From the NCBI GenBank assembly GCA_041736155.1, contig JBGSUL010000035.1, forward strand, positions 2,100 to 66,099: a stretch of DNA of 64,000 nt. The letters run 5' to 3'. The notes under the pieces are model-generated. The model worked only from the letters and a program-made list of their open reading frames with translations. It was not told the DNA's origin and searched no databases. This document shows, piece by piece, positions 1 to 9,700 of the stretch. The stretch's first letter is position 1. Every line of letters begins with the position of its first letter. The translations under genes were made by a program, and so were the position numbers. The DNA is from Bdellovibrionales bacterium (GTDB taxonomy: Bacteria; Bdellovibrionota; Bdellovibrionia; Bdellovibrionales; JAGQZY01).

Positions 1-1966
1 TCTCGTAACCTTGGATATTCACTGGCGTGGCAAAACTTCGGTAATAATCACCATAAAACAAGCTCGGCTGCGAGTTTTGATCTACATTTCTGATAACATC
101 CGAGTAAGGAATCGCTGCCGAATTTAACTGGTAGAAGTGGATACTCTCTTGAGGTTTTTCTCCGGCCTCAATATCACGGCACCATTTTAGGAAAAGATCT
201 GCGCCGTTGTCATTTTGAAAATAAATACCTTCTTGAGCCTGCAGTACAGAATCAACCAAGGGCTGACGAATTTTCATAACCGTTTCGCCCACCGTGAGCA
301 AAAAATCATCCGCTGGAATTCCATAAGCTTCATGCGTTCGTGTTGCGAAAAAATAATAGACACTGTCTAGCATTTCCGAACGCAAGAGTGAGGATTGTGT
401 TTCCGCATTGTTGCCAACTTTTTGCCCTGAGGCGTTTGTAAAATCAAACCATGGTTCCGAAAACTGTCCTGTTAAAAAATAATCAAACATAAGAGTTGTA
501 TCCACCCGTCGATTGAACCAACCAAATTTCAACTCTACAGACCACTCCGTTTTTGCCATATAATAAAAAAAGCCCAACATATTGGGGTACACTACCGTCT
601 TTAAAAGATTTCTATTAATAGCACTAAAAAAATTACGAACTTGCTCGTCAGTCACGTCTGATTGAGCTCTGTTTGCTTCAATAAAAGACTGCATGGGCTT
701 GATGCGATTGGCATGCAGATCATTCCATAATTGTTTAAGTTGAGAACTTTCCTCAATAACCGTTTGAACAAACTCTGCTGTTTTAGCTTCTTGTCGCAAA
801 AATTTGTCTTTGAGTTGCTGCGTTGCCTCAAGAGACGTCTGCGCCAAATCCCAGCGAATAAGTAATTTTGCTAAATCAAAGAAACTTCCCATCGCTTCGC
901 GATGATTTTCCATTTTGGCCAGGTATGTCCCAGCCGCGCTAGTTTCAATCGTGCGAGAATAAATATTCAACAAAAGAAAGACGACCAAGGGATCTTTTTC
1001 GGGCAATACACTGAGGTCGATATCTTTATATGCTGGGTACTGCATAAGATCGCGACGCCCTTGAACCAGCACAGCGATTTTTTCTGTGACTTTGACTTTC
1101 ACTTTTTCAGCAATCGAAGGACGCTTTTTAGCATAAGCTGGAATTTGCAGAAGTAGCTCTTCACGCAAAAAATCAATAGTATTTATGGAAGGAGGCGTGT
1201 AATCCCACACGTTCAAAGATTCAAATAGTTCAGCATCTTCGTCTGTGATGCTTGTCCAGTCTTTGATAATCAAGATATTCATAATATTTATAGAATGCCG
1301 ACGACGTTCTTCGTGAGAAACTAGTATTGCCGTCCCTTCCTGCTGCAATTTTAAGACTGCGCTCACATAAAGCTGCTCCAAACGAATTTCTTGTCGACTT
1401 CCAGAAATGTCGTATCCGACTCCCAAATAACCAAGCTGTCGGACTAAATCTGTTTCGTTTTGCGCATAATACACCAACAGGGCGACAGTGGCCTTTTCCT
1501 TCTTGAGTGATTCCTTCACCAGCTCGCAACTTCTCAATTGAGGATCAACACACGATTCAACATACAGTTTACGAAACTCTTCAAAAGAATTTCGAAACAC
1601 AGAATCTGAAGCCTGCAATGCCTCTTGCCGCTGCCCCTCCCACTTCTTAAAAATATCTACATATAAGCCCAAGTACCCAGAAAATGTATTCGACGTATAA
1701 ACTTCTGGCTCCATCGCTGAAGGTCCAAAAAGAATTTCCTCCGTCATACTTAAGGCTTTTAATAAATCTTCGCGAGATTCAGACTGAATCAACGAGTTGA
1801 TCTCATCTTGTCGACTATTAAAGCGAATATCACTCTCTTGATTCTGCTGATGCACAATCACAGGTGTTTCTTCCGGCAAAACCGTTTGATGGCGAGGTGT
1901 TGTCTCACTCTTACAAGCGGTGACAAACAAGGCTATGGTTGTTAGTTTTAATAAATTAAAACGCAT
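1..1966 (-). CDS. Large lipoprotein of unknown function, 3' end outside window (at least 655 codons); paralog of the 2870-6766 product
   Basis: Absent from the ORF track because no stop codon lies in the window. I translated the minus strand by hand from the ATG at 1966 and the frame stays open down to position 2. N-terminus MRFNLLKLTTIALFVTAC is a signal peptide plus canonical lipobox (VTAC). The ATG overlaps the upstream stop by 11 nt. Collinear motif matches to the 1298-aa neighbour. Confidence 0.75.
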   Translation of the reverse strand, partial: MRFNLLKLTTIALFVTACKSETTPRHQTVLPEETPVIVHQQNQESDIRFNSRQDEINSLIQSESREDLLKALSMTEEILFGPSAMEPEVYTSNTFSGYLGLYVDIFKKWEGQRQEALQASDSVFRNSFEEFRKLYVESCVDPQLRSCELVKESLKKEKATVALLVYYAQNETDLVRQLGYLGVGYDISGSRQEIRLEQLYVSAVLKLQQEGTAILVSHEERRRHSINIMNILIIKDWTSITDEDAELFESLNVWDYTPPSINTIDFLREELLLQIPAYAKKRPSIAEKVKVKVTEKIAVLVQGRRDLMQYPAYKDIDLSVLPEKDPLVVFLLLNIYSRTIETSAAGTYLAKMENHREAMGSFFDLAKLLIRWDLAQTSLEATQQLKDKFLRQEAKTAEFVQTVIEESSQLKQLWNDLHANRIKPMQSFIEANRAQSDVTDEQVRNFFSAINRNLLKTVVYPNMLGFFYYMAKTEWSVELKFGWFNRRVDTTLMFDYFLTGQFSEPWFDFTNASGQKVGNNAETQSSLLRSEMLDSVYYFFATRTHEAYGIPADDFLLTVGETVMKIRQPLVDSVLQAQEGIYFQNDNGADLFLKWCRDIEAGEKPQESIHFYQLNSAAIPYSDVIRNVDQNSQPSLFYGDYYRSFATPVNIQGYE

Positions 1967-2867
1967 AGGCAATTCCTACTGAGTAGAGTCGACGGTATTT
2001 ATCGTAGTAATCAACAAGCAAACGATCATTTTCGGGATAGGCATTGTTGAGCATGCCCGCTGAAATCTGGAATCCAAAAAGATTTCCATACATGGAAATC
2101 CTATTTCCAAAAGTCATATCCCAACTGTTATCTAAAAAACGAGTATTTTGCGTAACAAAACTGACGCGAACGCCGAGTCCAGGAAGAATAAGATAATTTA
2201 AACCAATAATATTCGAAAAGTTCCAATCGCGATTGAGAGTGTCGCCTTCGTAAACAGAAAAACGCAGACGGTTCGATAAATAGTCTCCAGTTAAGCGATA
2301 AAACAACGATACTCGGTTCCACTGATTTGACTCTAAGTAGTTAGATAAAGTTAAATCAAAAAGTGTTTTGTCATACTGACTTCTTTCGCTTGTTGGCAGG
2401 GAAAGGGTCAAAGTTGTTGAATTCATTAATAAATAAGGCGTTGGTTTTCGTATATTATAAATCATTCCAAGACTGATATCCGACATCTGATGATAGTCGT
2501 TTTGATCATTATCTCGTACAATTTTATTTTTATTAGTCTCGTGATCAAATCCCACAGACAAAAATGAACTCAAACGATCTGTAAAACTATAGGTGGCTGA
2601 TATTCCCAGCGAATGAAGAACGGTTTTCTCGGTGGTTTGCTGAAGATCATCGTAACGACCGCCATAATAAATCACCGCGCCATAATTGTTGGCCTTCGGC
2701 ATAAAGTCTGACTGATCGACACCTAACTTTTTTCTTTCCATTTTGGGTTTGTTTAAATTATTCGATGACGCCTTAACGTCTGCGGTCGCAGTAATAGGAG
2801 TGACTGTAGTTTGCGCTACAGCCACGGCAACCCATAAATAAGAAAACAGACCCATAACGAAATGCAA
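1956..2867 (-). CDS. Predicted outer-membrane beta-barrel protein (303 aa), family not recognised
   Basis: Signal peptide (..LWVAVAVA/QTT). Amphipathic beta-strand pattern throughout (LGISATYSF, FLSVGFDH, ISLGMIYNI, VSLFYRLTG, LGVRVSFVTQ, FGFQISAGM). C-terminus ..SVGIAYAF ends in Phe, the usual OMP assembly signature. The track start is TTG; an ATG at 2855 is an alternative. There is a 2-nt gap to the upstream gene. Confidence 0.7.
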   Translation of the reverse strand: MHFVMGLFSYLWVAVAVAQTTVTPITATADVKASSNNLNKPKMERKKLGVDQSDFMPKANNYGAVIYYGGRYDDLQQTTEKTVLHSLGISATYSFTDRLSSFLSVGFDHETNKNKIVRDNDQNDYHQMSDISLGMIYNIRKPTPYLLMNSTTLTLSLPTSERSQYDKTLFDLTLSNYLESNQWNRVSLFYRLTGDYLSNRLRFSVYEGDTLNRDWNFSNIIGLNYLILPGLGVRVSFVTQNTRFLDNSWDMTFGNRISMYGNLFGFQISAGMLNNAYPENDRLLVDYYDKYRRLYSVGIAYAF

Positions 2868-2869
2868 AG

Positions 2870-5800
2870 TTAATTCCCCTCAGGTGCGTTTAAGACATCT
2901 TTTAATAAATTCAATTGTGGGGTGATGGTCCCACTAAAATAATAGTTTGTGTTTTTGTTCATATCCGTAACAAATCCACTGAATTTTTCATAAATGAGAG
3001 AACTAATCAGATGTTCACTCGGATGCGCCACCGTCGAAATAGCTGGATCTCCCACAGTAAACTGTCTATCTGTGCGATATTTAAATTTAAATGGCGTAAC
3101 CTCCCTGGTCTTCACCTCTTGCAAGAACTCCTTGTTCAGCTCGAAGTAGTTGTTCAACCATGGTCTATAGTTGTTCACAAAAATATCTTCCAGCTCGGGA
3201 GGAAAGGGAAAGATAAACGTTGAGCCTTTTAAGTTCTGATTAGATGTTACATATTCGACCAGCACTGGCACAAACCAAGTGTTTTCGGCAACCGTAACCT
3301 CTTCATCCGAAAAGATACGTCTGTAGACCAGATCGTAATAAGAATACAACCTGTGCTCTTTTTGCTTTTTGATAAGTTTCTCATAATTATTTTCGCCATA
3401 TTTGGTAACATTCCCCAAATAATTGAGAACAATTTCATCGCGTTCATCAATATTCATAAGATGAATAAACTTTTCATAATGATCTATCACTTCTTTAGCG
3501 CTGACTTTGCGGCAATCATTTGCAAATTGCTCATCAGAAGGATCTAGTGCTTCACAATTGACTTCATTATTAATGGATATTTTGTTCAATTTATATAAGC
3601 TGACCAAAATATTTCCTTTTTCTTCAATCGTCTTGGTCTCCACTGCTGTTTTAGCCCACGGAACTTGGCTAGCAAATGTTCTCACACCAGAAGCTACGAA
3701 TTGTGCACGTGCGTTTGCTTTTTGTGCAGGACTCCAAGTGCTCACGCCTGACCAATTAAAGTTGACGCTCACTTCGCCGTTTTCTTTATAAATCTCCTCA
3801 GTCTCCATGTTGCTCACTGGAAAAATTTCGTATTGACCAGGGAAAATCTCATTTAAATAGCTCTTTAACCGCGCCAGGGTATCCAGTTTGAAGGTCGTCA
3901 CACGTCCCACTTCGAATCGTGTGTACCCTTTTCGCTCTCTGTATGCCTGAGGAAACATAGGGTCTGTGGAGGCCACCATAAATTGATCACGTACGACATT
4001 CAATTGTGCACGAACGGCCTCAGATGAAGATATGTTCTGCAATACATCTAACTCATTGATAGACGGATCAGCTTCTTGTTCGATACGTAATGGACCGAGA
4101 ACCTGCTCTCTTTGCGAACTCATATAGATTGTTACGACATCATATACTTTATCGAACAATTCGCCCCAGTACTGGGCTTCACGAAATATAAGAGCCTGTC
4201 GAATATCGCGGTCCCGATTGGCAAAGTCCCACTCACAGCCATTGATGGCATCATGCATACCAAAGAATGTTTCTGAGTATTCAGCCTTCAATCTTTTAAA
4301 ATCTTGGAACTGCTCTTCGATGATGCCTGCAATTTCATCTGCAGTGCCAGTCTCTTTGCTATATTGACGATAGATTTCCAAAAGTATCTTTGCCATAATG
4401 TTTTTCTTCTGAAAATCGGCTTTTAAGTTTTTAAGCGCAGACGTTACAGATGAACTGTAAGTACTACTCACCAACGATCCCGTTTTTAATGGGCGACTTG
4501 CTGTTGCGTCATAAACACTGGAGTCTAAATCTAAAAAAGAGATTTGATTTTTAGCTTGCGTTCTTGGCTTCATCAATAAAATCAACTGCTCTTGCCAATG
4601 GAATTTCTCACCCATACTCTGCTGCATTTCGGAATGAATGCGAACTTCCTGAGCCTGAAGTTGACGTTCTTCACGACAAGTCTGTTGCAGACTATCAACG
4701 ACGTTTGAGTAATTTTCACGCACGCTTTGCAAACTAGTTGTGGCAGTTTCTAAACTATTCTCTGTCTCAAGAACCAGCCGCTTAACTACGACCTTGAAAA
4801 ATTCTTCTATAGAAAACTTCAAAAGAGGCTTTTTATTTGTTGAGTAAGTACTAAATATTTCTGTCATCAACGCATAATAAAATGTGTAGAGAACCTGCGT
4901 GGTGTTTAAAGCATTTCCATCATGACCAAAATTGAAAAGGGGCTTAAACCCACCACCAAAAAATGTCTTCATGACGGTTAAACTATCAATCGTAAACTCA
5001 CCAAAGAATGTTTGAATTTTATCATTCATTTCCTGTGAAGCAAAAATGTGCACCAGAGAATACATACTTGGATAGGTGACAAGATATTTAATATTTTTTC
5101 CCAAAGCCTCAACATTCGAAGTGATTTGATCCACTTTCTGCTTATTTGCGGGAATATTTTTATTGACCACGCGATTAGCAAAACTTTGTAAAGTTTTAGA
5201 GCGATCAATTGTTTTTCCCCACGCTTTGCGAATCTCCGCTGCCTCTTTTTGTGCTTCTGTCATAAGCTCAATGATTTTCGTATCGGTGCTTTCGCCGTAA
5301 AAACGATTCATTCGAGTATTTGTATAGACAATATTGTTTACCACTTGGAGTTTGATCAAGGACGTGATCGCATCCATAAGTCTATTTTGGTCCTTGCCTG
5401 TGCTCTGCCAAAAAGCAGCCGCATCGTCGATATTATAATGCTCGTAGTATATCTGATGAACTAAGAAAAAGTATTCATCCGCGGGAAATTCGACATCTGC
5501 ACCCATACTGGTAAGGATGGCTTTGCTCTCTTGACCAAAAAGTTCTATGCGTTCACCAACGGCCGTGGTCACACTTTGGTAAACTTCTTGCTGCACATCA
5601 GTCAAACGTGCGATTTCTTCAGAAGCCTTCCACGTTTCATCAGCGTTTTGAAAGCGAGTCTTCCACTCGCCGCGAATATTTTCTTTTTGAAAAGACACAC
5701 CCTGCTCATAGTCAGTGCCAACGCGATAGTAGAGACTCTCGACGGCCTCGTGGAGTTCCTTTGATAACTGACGTGGTTTTATCGATGGAATAGGCGTGCC

Positions 5801-6766
5801 CGCCGGACCAGGCACTGTGGTTTCAACAGGTAAAAGGCTCACCTCTTGTGCATAAATAAGATTTTGAGCCGCTAGGTGCAAAAGCTCGGTCATCGCCGGA
5901 CTTTGTGGGCTGTCTTCGTTCCGTGATAAGAGCCATGGATTTACAGTGCGAATAAGATCAATGTATCTCTCGGACGAATTAGCCAAGTTTTCGTCCATAT
6001 TGATTTTAAGGACATTGGCAAATAAATTGGCGTCCTGTGACAATCTTCGTTGGCTGATGGTGCGAGATTTGTCTTGCGAAAGACTCGCCGCCAATCTTTC
6101 TAGAAGCATAAAGCGTAAGTTTTCGTCCAAACGACGGTTGGCTAAATCAAATGCCGCATAAACTAGACGTAATTTTTCTTCTTCTTGTGATTCCTGGTCA
6201 TGAAGGATTCGTACAATGCGTACAATGTTATTGCTGTCTGCTCCACGATAGAAACTAATAAACGAACATGTGCCTCGCAAATCTTCATCGCAATCCCAAA
6301 GAATCTGACTTTTCATTCGTGGCAATAACGTTTTGAGCATCACATGATTTGGATCTTCCGTGTACATAAGGAGAACCGCTTGATCGAACAAAACCACCAA
6401 GCGAGGAATCAGCTGAATTCCCGTTGCTGTCTCAAGGTATCTGTGGTCGGGATCTAATAAATAATCCACGTTCAGCACAACATCTAAAAGAGGTGTTATC
6501 ACCTGAGCATAGAGAAGAGCTGTGTTGATAGAGCCTTTTTCTTTTGCAAGTTGCTCGATAACAACAGGTTCCACTTGTTGCAACAGCTTTTCGAGTCGAC
6601 TGACTTCGCTCAAGTTAAAAGGAACGACGCCTTGTCCTTGTTGATTCGTAGTCGCTACACCATCTGGCAGGGCTCTTTTTCTTGTCGATTCTTGCGAATT
6701 ACAAAAACTCAAGGAGAAAGCCAGAGCTACAAGAAGTGATATTTTATTAAGATTTAATCTCATCAT
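2870..6766 (-). CDS. Giant secreted or lipidated protein (1298 aa), no recognisable catalytic motif
   Basis: N-terminus MMRLNLNKISLLVALAFSLSFC/NSQ is a signal peptide with a non-canonical lipobox (Phe at -1). Long predicted-helical, coiled-coil-like stretches. 9-nt gap to the upstream metzincin gene. Shares collinear motifs with the 1-1966 product. Confidence 0.8.
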   Translation of the reverse strand: MMRLNLNKISLLVALAFSLSFCNSQESTRKRALPDGVATTNQQGQGVVPFNLSEVSRLEKLLQQVEPVVIEQLAKEKGSINTALLYAQVITPLLDVVLNVDYLLDPDHRYLETATGIQLIPRLVVLFDQAVLLMYTEDPNHVMLKTLLPRMKSQILWDCDEDLRGTCSFISFYRGADSNNIVRIVRILHDQESQEEEKLRLVYAAFDLANRRLDENLRFMLLERLAASLSQDKSRTISQRRLSQDANLFANVLKINMDENLANSSERYIDLIRTVNPWLLSRNEDSPQSPAMTELLHLAAQNLIYAQEVSLLPVETTVPGPAGTPIPSIKPRQLSKELHEAVESLYYRVGTDYEQGVSFQKENIRGEWKTRFQNADETWKASEEIARLTDVQQEVYQSVTTAVGERIELFGQESKAILTSMGADVEFPADEYFFLVHQIYYEHYNIDDAAAFWQSTGKDQNRLMDAITSLIKLQVVNNIVYTNTRMNRFYGESTDTKIIELMTEAQKEAAEIRKAWGKTIDRSKTLQSFANRVVNKNIPANKQKVDQITSNVEALGKNIKYLVTYPSMYSLVHIFASQEMNDKIQTFFGEFTIDSLTVMKTFFGGGFKPLFNFGHDGNALNTTQVLYTFYYALMTEIFSTYSTNKKPLLKFSIEEFFKVVVKRLVLETENSLETATTSLQSVRENYSNVVDSLQQTCREERQLQAQEVRIHSEMQQSMGEKFHWQEQLILLMKPRTQAKNQISFLDLDSSVYDATASRPLKTGSLVSSTYSSSVTSALKNLKADFQKKNIMAKILLEIYRQYSKETGTADEIAGIIEEQFQDFKRLKAEYSETFFGMHDAINGCEWDFANRDRDIRQALIFREAQYWGELFDKVYDVVTIYMSSQREQVLGPLRIEQEADPSINELDVLQNISSSEAVRAQLNVVRDQFMVASTDPMFPQAYRERKGYTRFEVGRVTTFKLDTLARLKSYLNEIFPGQYEIFPVSNMETEEIYKENGEVSVNFNWSGVSTWSPAQKANARAQFVASGVRTFASQVPWAKTAVETKTIEEKGNILVSLYKLNKISINNEVNCEALDPSDEQFANDCRKVSAKEVIDHYEKFIHLMNIDERDEIVLNYLGNVTKYGENNYEKLIKKQKEHRLYSYYDLVYRRIFSDEEVTVAENTWFVPVLVEYVTSNQNLKGSTFIFPFPPELEDIFVNNYRPWLNNYFELNKEFLQEVKTREVTPFKFKYRTDRQFTVGDPAISTVAHPSEHLISSLIYEKFSGFVTDMNKNTNYYFSGTITPQLNLLKDVLNAPEGN

Positions 6767-6775
6767 ATATTATCC

Positions 6776-9700
6776 TTACTTGTTTATGTACTCGTACACC
6801 TGAGGTAAAATCCAACCATTCAACGAGAGCGCTGTCGAACTGATCAAACCAATACCTTTGGTCGAAGCATCGCAGCCATTCTGCGCAGGGATTAAACCTT
6901 CGCGCGTTTGGTAAAAGTCGAAAGCTGCATCTACGCTTTTTTCAAAGTTAATCTGCGCATCACCATCGACGTTAATATTGGGATCAATCTGGAATCCTTG
7001 AAAGTCTGGATTGCTAGCATTAAAATAGCTAGCAAGGCCCGTGACTCCACCAATACACTTTTCTAATTCTTGATTGGTTAAGCTGGAAATCGCATTTTTA
7101 ATGGTGAATCCCTCGAGAGGATCATCATATGACGTTTTATCATAGGTCACTTCTAGGGCCCAGATATACGAAGAGTCCTGACTTAAAAAACGTAATTTCG
7201 TCAGCGGCATGATTAGCTGATTCTCGTTACCACGAATAATCACCTTCCGATTCCGCAGAATATACGCATCTGACAAGTCGATGAGTTCACGTTTTGCAAG
7301 ATTGTAAAGTTTGGGAGAAAAAGTGAACATCTTATTTTGTGCCTCACCATTCTTAGGAACGGCTTTTAACAAAATCGCTACGATATCTACATTAAAACTC
7401 GTTTGTCCTTTAAGATCTTCAATGTAATCACTATCAAAACCACGAATCTGACCGTCATTGCTCAACTGGAAAGTGCGTCGCAAGAAATACGATAAATACA
7501 GGTTGGCAATACTCATGGTTGCTGAGTCCTGTAGAATAGTTCCGCCAAATCCCATGTTGGTTTTAATGGCCGTACCCATGACATCCGTAAACTCTTCAGG
7601 ATAGAGAGCGTAGTAACCCGTTTTTCCAGTATTAGGGTCAGAAAATCTGGGCTTTCCTATTCTCCACCAGCCATATTCCATGGTCGAAGAGGTGTTGGTA
7701 AAGACATCTAGCGCGGCAATTTTTAAATAGAGAAGACCCAATTGATCATAACGCCCAAAAATACGCGAATAATCATACGTCGCATTTCCACCGCGCAAAC
7801 CCGTCGGTAAAATAGCATCGTCGTAATTCATCAAGGCGTGGTCTGGTCCTTTCAAGCTCAGCAATACTTTTGCCACATCTAAAGATTTTCTTGTCGCACG
7901 GCAGAGCTTTTGCACTTCCGTAAAAGCCACTCCCTTTTCATAAAGAGTGTTTTCTAAATCGCGAAAACCCTGTTCATCAAGCTCAAGGATTTCGCGACTG
8001 CCAACAACATTTTTGTAAGTTTGCAATAGTGATGCGGCATCAGAAGCTGCTTGTATCCCACGACGCGATGTCGTGCGAGCCACTCCGGGTGTGACTTCTA
8101 AGGTCAGTCGAGCAAAATCCAAATCCCAACCTTGGGGAGCTTCTTGTGGATCGACACAAGCTCTCGAAAATCGCAGAAGCGCTTTTTCATCTTTCTTAAG
8201 TCGATTAAAAACGTCCAGGTAAACTTCATTGGTCGCAATTTGATAACGAAGTTCATCGTAAAACGTACGATTCTTATTCATCAAACTATAGGTTTGAACC
8301 CAGAGTAAATAATTGGCCCAATTCGAGTTACCGCCAGTGGCCGTAGTAAAGGAATTCATGCGCGAAACAAAAGACTCCGTATACTCTTTAAAGCCCTCAT
8401 TCACATTCGTGAAGGCGTCGTAACCGCGATCCCAACGCTGACAGTAGGGACTTGTTCCCACCCACGCGTCCATATCGGAACACTGAGGTAGATAGGTTGT
8501 TGTGTACTCACGCCCATCGTCGCCCGTGCGTTTTCCAGGAATTGTTCCATCTTTGTAAATTTCAAAAAACGTAAACTTTTCGTCACCGGGGATGTACGTA
8601 GCAAACTGCTGTTTGTATAAATAAGTGAGGGTGAGCTCATCCTGTGCTTGCATTTTGACTTTGTCATAAGGCAAAGCGACTTCCGTATGACCACTTTGGT
8701 AGTCCATGATACTCGAGTAGTTTTGCATGAGCTTCGCTTCTTCAGCGAGATAATTGTAAACAGAGTCTGGCACAGTTCCGCGTACAGGTAGACGATTGCC
8801 TTCGAATTGGTGACCTAATCCAACGCAATGACCCCATTCGTGGAGCATGACGTTTTTAATCATCGACTTAGCTGCCTCTTGTTTTTCAATGGAGTTCAGA
8901 CCCGCCGTTGCTTCTTGCATGGCAAAATAATGGTTTTCGAGACGATTTTCCATATCGTATGCGATACCCATTTTAGAATTAAACTCATCTGCCAAGCGCT
9001 GGTTATCTTGGGGACCCATAATGCCCGTATTAGCAAAATTCCTTTGCTCTGTTTCACCATCTGAGAAAACGGGATCCACACCAAAACGTGAAGCATTCAA
9101 AATTTTGGCGATATGGTCTTCTTCTGTCAGAATTTCTGTTTTGAATTCTTCAAGTAAGTCCGTATTCACATAACCAGGATAAGCATCACGGAAAGTCACA
9201 AAGTCTTTTGAGGCTTGAACTTCTACGATAGATGCTACGAAAGCGTCTACGGCTTCACGCAACTCTGTTTCGCGAGCCGAAATATCTTCCTCACTATCTT
9301 GTCGATCTCTCGACGGTGGCGCTAAACGTTGTTGCAATTCTTGGATTGCACCATTGATGTGATTATCGAAGAAAGATCTGTCGGAGAGTTGCGCAAAACT
9401 GGGGTGTGACTGGATTGATTTAAACCCTGGAGACCACGCAGCCAAATTTAACTGTCCCTTAATATCAAAGTAGTAAGGATTGTGTTTTACCGAGTCCAAA
9501 CCTTGAAACAAAGATTCTGTATTGCGGATAATTGCGTCCGCCACAGATTCACTGTCACGGTTGACGATATAGTCAATCAAACCACCCCACACAATGGTAC
9601 CTGCCCAGAGGATTTCACCGGTAGTTATGTCGGCATTCGCAAGACCGATACCGAGAGGAGCGCGCATAGAAAGAGCCGGGTCATCGACCCATGTGATGCT

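Noticed and set aside
1900-1966. Possible frameshift inside the signal peptide of the left-most lipoprotein gene
   Set aside because: On first reading I thought an extra C broke the frame after ..ALFVT. Re-reading the bases (..caagcggtgac..) gives GTC ACC GCT TGT (VTAC) in frame, and the ORF is continuous to the window edge.
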